A DNA stretch of 64,000 nt from Marsupella aquatica (lineage: Eukaryota > Plantae > Marchantiophyta), in contig OZ316896.1 of assembly GCA_973895155.1 (NCBI GenBank), forward strand, positions 4,179,595 to 4,243,594. Reading direction: 5' to 3'. Under the pieces are notes generated by a model. That model did no database searches and was not told the origin of the DNA. It saw only the letters and a program-made list of their open reading frames with translations. This document shows, piece after piece, positions 60,219-64,000 of the stretch; position 1 is the first letter of the stretch, and every line of letters begins with the position of its first letter. The translations under genes were made by a program, and so were the position numbers.

Positions 60219-63200
60219 GGTGCATTCTCCACATATATGTTTTTCAGCCTGTGTGACGAAGAGCTTGAGGCATTAAATTCTCTATCAATGTTTGAATGAT
60301 ATCCCTTAAGTTCACTTAGGGTTGCTCCAGCTTAAAAATCTTCCCCAAATGGTAATACAAAGCTATTAGTAGTATCCTATCTAGATAAATGATAAAGAAA
60401 ATATTCTTTAAGGTACCTAACATTGTGAGCATCCCCCAAAGAAAGTAAAATAGTTTGTCTTGTACTGACATTTCCCAGATTCACATATTGGGAAAAATTA
60501 TTAATCATTCCTTTTTAGAGTTTGGATGAATTTTTTATTAACCACTTTAGAGCAAACAAAATAGTTTGGGGTTACTTGGTACTTGTACCTCGTTTCTTAT
60601 TCCTTTCCAAAGTGTTGGCCCCACTTCTCTCCCCACATGTCCTTTTTCTAGTAGACCACTGTTTAGCTTCTAAACTATTATGAATCCGTTTTCAAACAAA
60701 TGGTGGGACTCTCATGGTTTTCTCATAATGACTTAGGTTTAGCAACAGGCACCCAAAACCATAAACTTAGGAAATAGAGCTCTGGGATTTAGTTAAAATT
60801 GCAGGGGTTGGCATTATCTTCAAATGTTTGTTTCTCGATCCCTTGGATTTCATCACACTCTTGGGAAGAGATAGTTTAGGCTCTAGGTGTCCATTATGCA
60901 TGGAAGATCAATTTAATATAATTTGAATAATACTATAAAAATGGCATTCTAACAAAGGATGTGCAAGATTGACAAATAAACATAGACCTAAAGATGGGAT
61001 CTAAAAAAATTGAAAACATTAAGACGGAGGCAAAGATAATATCAACGTCCCAAAATACAAAAAATGCACCTTGTCTAAAGTAAATTGAAACATAAATACA
61101 TATAAAAAATCTGAATAAGACAAAGTAACCTGAGTAGGCTATGGAACAAGGTATCGACCTAACACTTTACATAGGCTTGGGCACGGTCTATTCTATAATT
61201 GCCCAAGCTCGTAGTCCATATTTTTTGCACAATAGTGGATCACCTTTCCACGTCAATTTTTTTTAATGCAACATTGAACAAGTCGCAGGCAAGAGAAAAG
61301 AAGTGAGAAAAAGAATGGTAAAAAAGGACCACATGGAAATTAGAAGGAAGGGTGTGAGATTGCGGGCAACTATAAAATACCTTGAATGGAACCACATGCA
61401 ATCCAAAATAGTTATCTGATTAGAGTTTCATTAGAAATACGAAGTAAAATAAGGTAATTACAACAGACCAATATAAAATATTATTTATATATGTATTTTT
61501 ATGATGTAAAAACTTGGGGTGTTTTTATTTTAAATAGGGATGTTTATAGAATATTCTCTTTGGAGGAGTGGGGTATTTTGATCAGATTAAATCGCTGGTA
61601 GTACGACATACACATAAACCTTGAGGCAAAGAGAGAGGCAAGCAGAGTTCAATAGAGAGAAGGCTTGAGTCCAGCGGAAGGAAACAATGCCGGGTCGAAT
61701 CAAACAATCTATAGATTGAATTGAAAATGACAATTCAATTCCCTTATCTAAGTACAAAAAAATGCAGATGATTAATTTGTGTTTGGTTCACTGGTTCTGT
61801 AGATGGGAATGTGAACCTCCTGTCTGATGACAACAAGAAGAACAAAGCCACTGGCCTTCTTCCCGTAGCAATTCATAAAGCATAATGACAGGAAGGACAT
61901 AGGTCTGGCTCTTTCCGCTCTCGCTTCTCTGTGGCAGACTACTTTATGGGCCCGATTGGCCACCAATGTTACATAACATTACATTTAGCTATTGCCCAAT
62001 TCTATTGGATTTCTTGAGCTCAAGCAACGAGTGCACACATTTCTGTAGTGATCGACTGCAACAAGACGCAAACGGCAGAACGGGTGAAAACTTGGGAGTC
62101 TGCCTGGTGGACTGGGGAGCAACCAAAAAGAATTGTGTGGCTGTCTCTTCTTGACCCAATCCGTATAGACCAGATTAAAACGAGCAGGAACTACACCTGG
62201 ACTACACAAAAATGGCAAAAAGATAACTAAAGCACCAAGTAGTAATCCATGTCTGGGTCCATTGCTATGACTGGAGCTCAAACAACACTCACGAAGAATG
62301 ACCCTGCAACTCTGCCAACCTCATCTGCTGATGGGAGAAGCCTAGTAAACTCCTTGCCACTAGTCACAACTTGAAACCGGCTGTAATGGACAGATTACCT
62401 GGTGAAGTGAGAGAAAACCTCCTCCAAATTGTGTAGGGAGAGTTACAAGTCACATATGGGATGGCAGAGTTAACGTATCATCATAGTAAATAACTATGTT
62501 TGGCTTTGGTCCTCCGGGTTGCCAAAACCTACCTGGGCATTCTGCCTTCCTTGGAGGTGAGAATTTTTTTTTTCAAATGTTTTCTTGTGAGATCTCGGGC
62601 CTGTACCAAATATAGAAGCGGACCAAAAATGGAATAACTTTTAAAAATTATTGGTTCATACCCATGTCAACTGCCAAGCGTGGGTTCACTAGGGTTTAGG
62701 ACCAGTAATTGATGAAACTTTGCACTTGCTCTCAACCTGCCGAGACATTGTTAACCTAATAACTTACTACTAGTCTCCCATATTAGTTTTGTTTGTTTTT
62801 TTATTTTAAGGGAAGGCAACGAGGCGCAAATTTATTCGACGACACCCGCGGCGAAAACCAGCGGGAGGAGAAAAACAAGCCCGGAATCCAGGCCGCCCGA
62901 GAGCCCCCCCAAGGCAGGAGCGCCGGCCCCCAACAAGCCGCAGCAGAGAGGACCGGGCAGCAAGCCAGCAACAACAGACAAAGACCAGAACCCAGGCGAA
63001 CCCAAGACAGCCGCCAAGCCAAGGGGAACACAAAGGCCCACAAAAAGGCACACAGCAAGGGCCCAAAGGGGATTCAGTGCAAGTCATCGGACGTAAGTGA
63101 ACCAAGACCTAAAGTGCCAGCATACGGAAGGCAAGTCAAAAGGACACTGATCCTTAAAACAAACTGGCAATTACCCCTCACAGGCTCGATAACCATGATG

Positions 63201-64000
63201 AGCAAAAACACCCCTCTAATGGTGGGGGACACAGTGGAAGACACAGGTAGCAGAGTCATTCAAGCACAGAGAACAACAACAGGACAGCCACTTCAAGGAA
63301 TACTATGTCTGATGGTGCATCTATCAGTCATGTCAGTCAGGTCAATGAGTGTCCTGCTTAAGCTCCTGGATTTTCTTGCCCCCTTAGTCCGTTGAAGGGT
63401 TGCATGGGCACTAATGACAACCCCGTGGAGGATAAGTTGCACTGGGAATCTGGTGGCGGTGGCTTGGTATGTTCGTTGTCTCCCATATTAGTGAAGCTCA
63501 ATGGCCTTGCCAAACTCACATAGAACGCGTTTTGGTGGTTGGTTTTTCCTTCCTTTTCCACTCAACTGACCTTGCTGTGTCATTTTTCACTCATTGGCCT
63601 TGCTGAGTAGGAAGATTCCACATGCAAACAACTGATGGGAAAATACTTGGTACCAACTACTGATAACTTAGATAGGGTCATTCTAAGGTTGGAGTTGATC
63701 TCTAGGAAGGATTGTGATAGATCCTACGGGGTATAACCACCGTGACAACAAACAGCAAATAGTTACTCGTAACAGCAAACGAGTGGGTAAATGTTTTGGA
63801 ATTTGTTTTGGAAATTTTTTCTTGGAATTTGTTTTTTGGTTTATTAAATATGGCCCACAAAATTTTTGGGGGAAAAAAATTTAATTAATTTGTGTATAGT
63901 CAAAATGTTTTGGCTAGCACTCGGAGCTAGTAACAATATTGCTTGACACTAGCAAAAACTGTCTTGTTTTAAATTATTTTGGAAACTGTGACTTTTAATG

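Noticed and set aside
62793-63395. 200-aa low-complexity Q/R/P-rich ORF after a T-rich tract
   Set aside because: It has a TTG start and no domain. It may be the 3' end of a non-LTR retroelement on the minus strand, but no RT motif or TSD was found.

Overview
This is eukaryotic nuclear DNA from a land plant. The intron style, gene set and scattered TTTAGGG-type motifs suggest a bryophyte or liverwort, but that is inference. Five protein-coding genes were reconstructed by hand, with GT-AG introns and consistent phases in the spliced ones: (1) an LYR-motif SDHAF1-like gene (+, 7746-7994); (2) a 22-exon CHD-family SNF2 chromatin remodeller (-, 20404-10721, ~1706 aa) with CHD7/Kismet-like C-terminal motifs and two coding repeat tracts; (3) a 7-exon class 3 lipase (+, 31489-37481, ~724 aa); (4) a 9-exon tRNA adenosine deaminase TAD1/ADAT1 (-, 46973-43253, ~538 aa); (5) a 5-exon plastid tryptophan synthase beta (+, 51723-55459, ~500 aa). 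Intergenic DNA is rich in transposon debris: two Tourist-like MITEs nested in a tandem repeat, foldback elements, a CACTA transposase remnant and many short tandem duplications. There is also an orphan calmodulin-like EF-hand fragment that the ORF track missed. No rRNA, tRNA or CRISPR array was found. No clearly novel multi-gene system is supported; the most interesting item is the CHD7-like remodeller. All splice coordinates were read by eye and not checked against transcripts.
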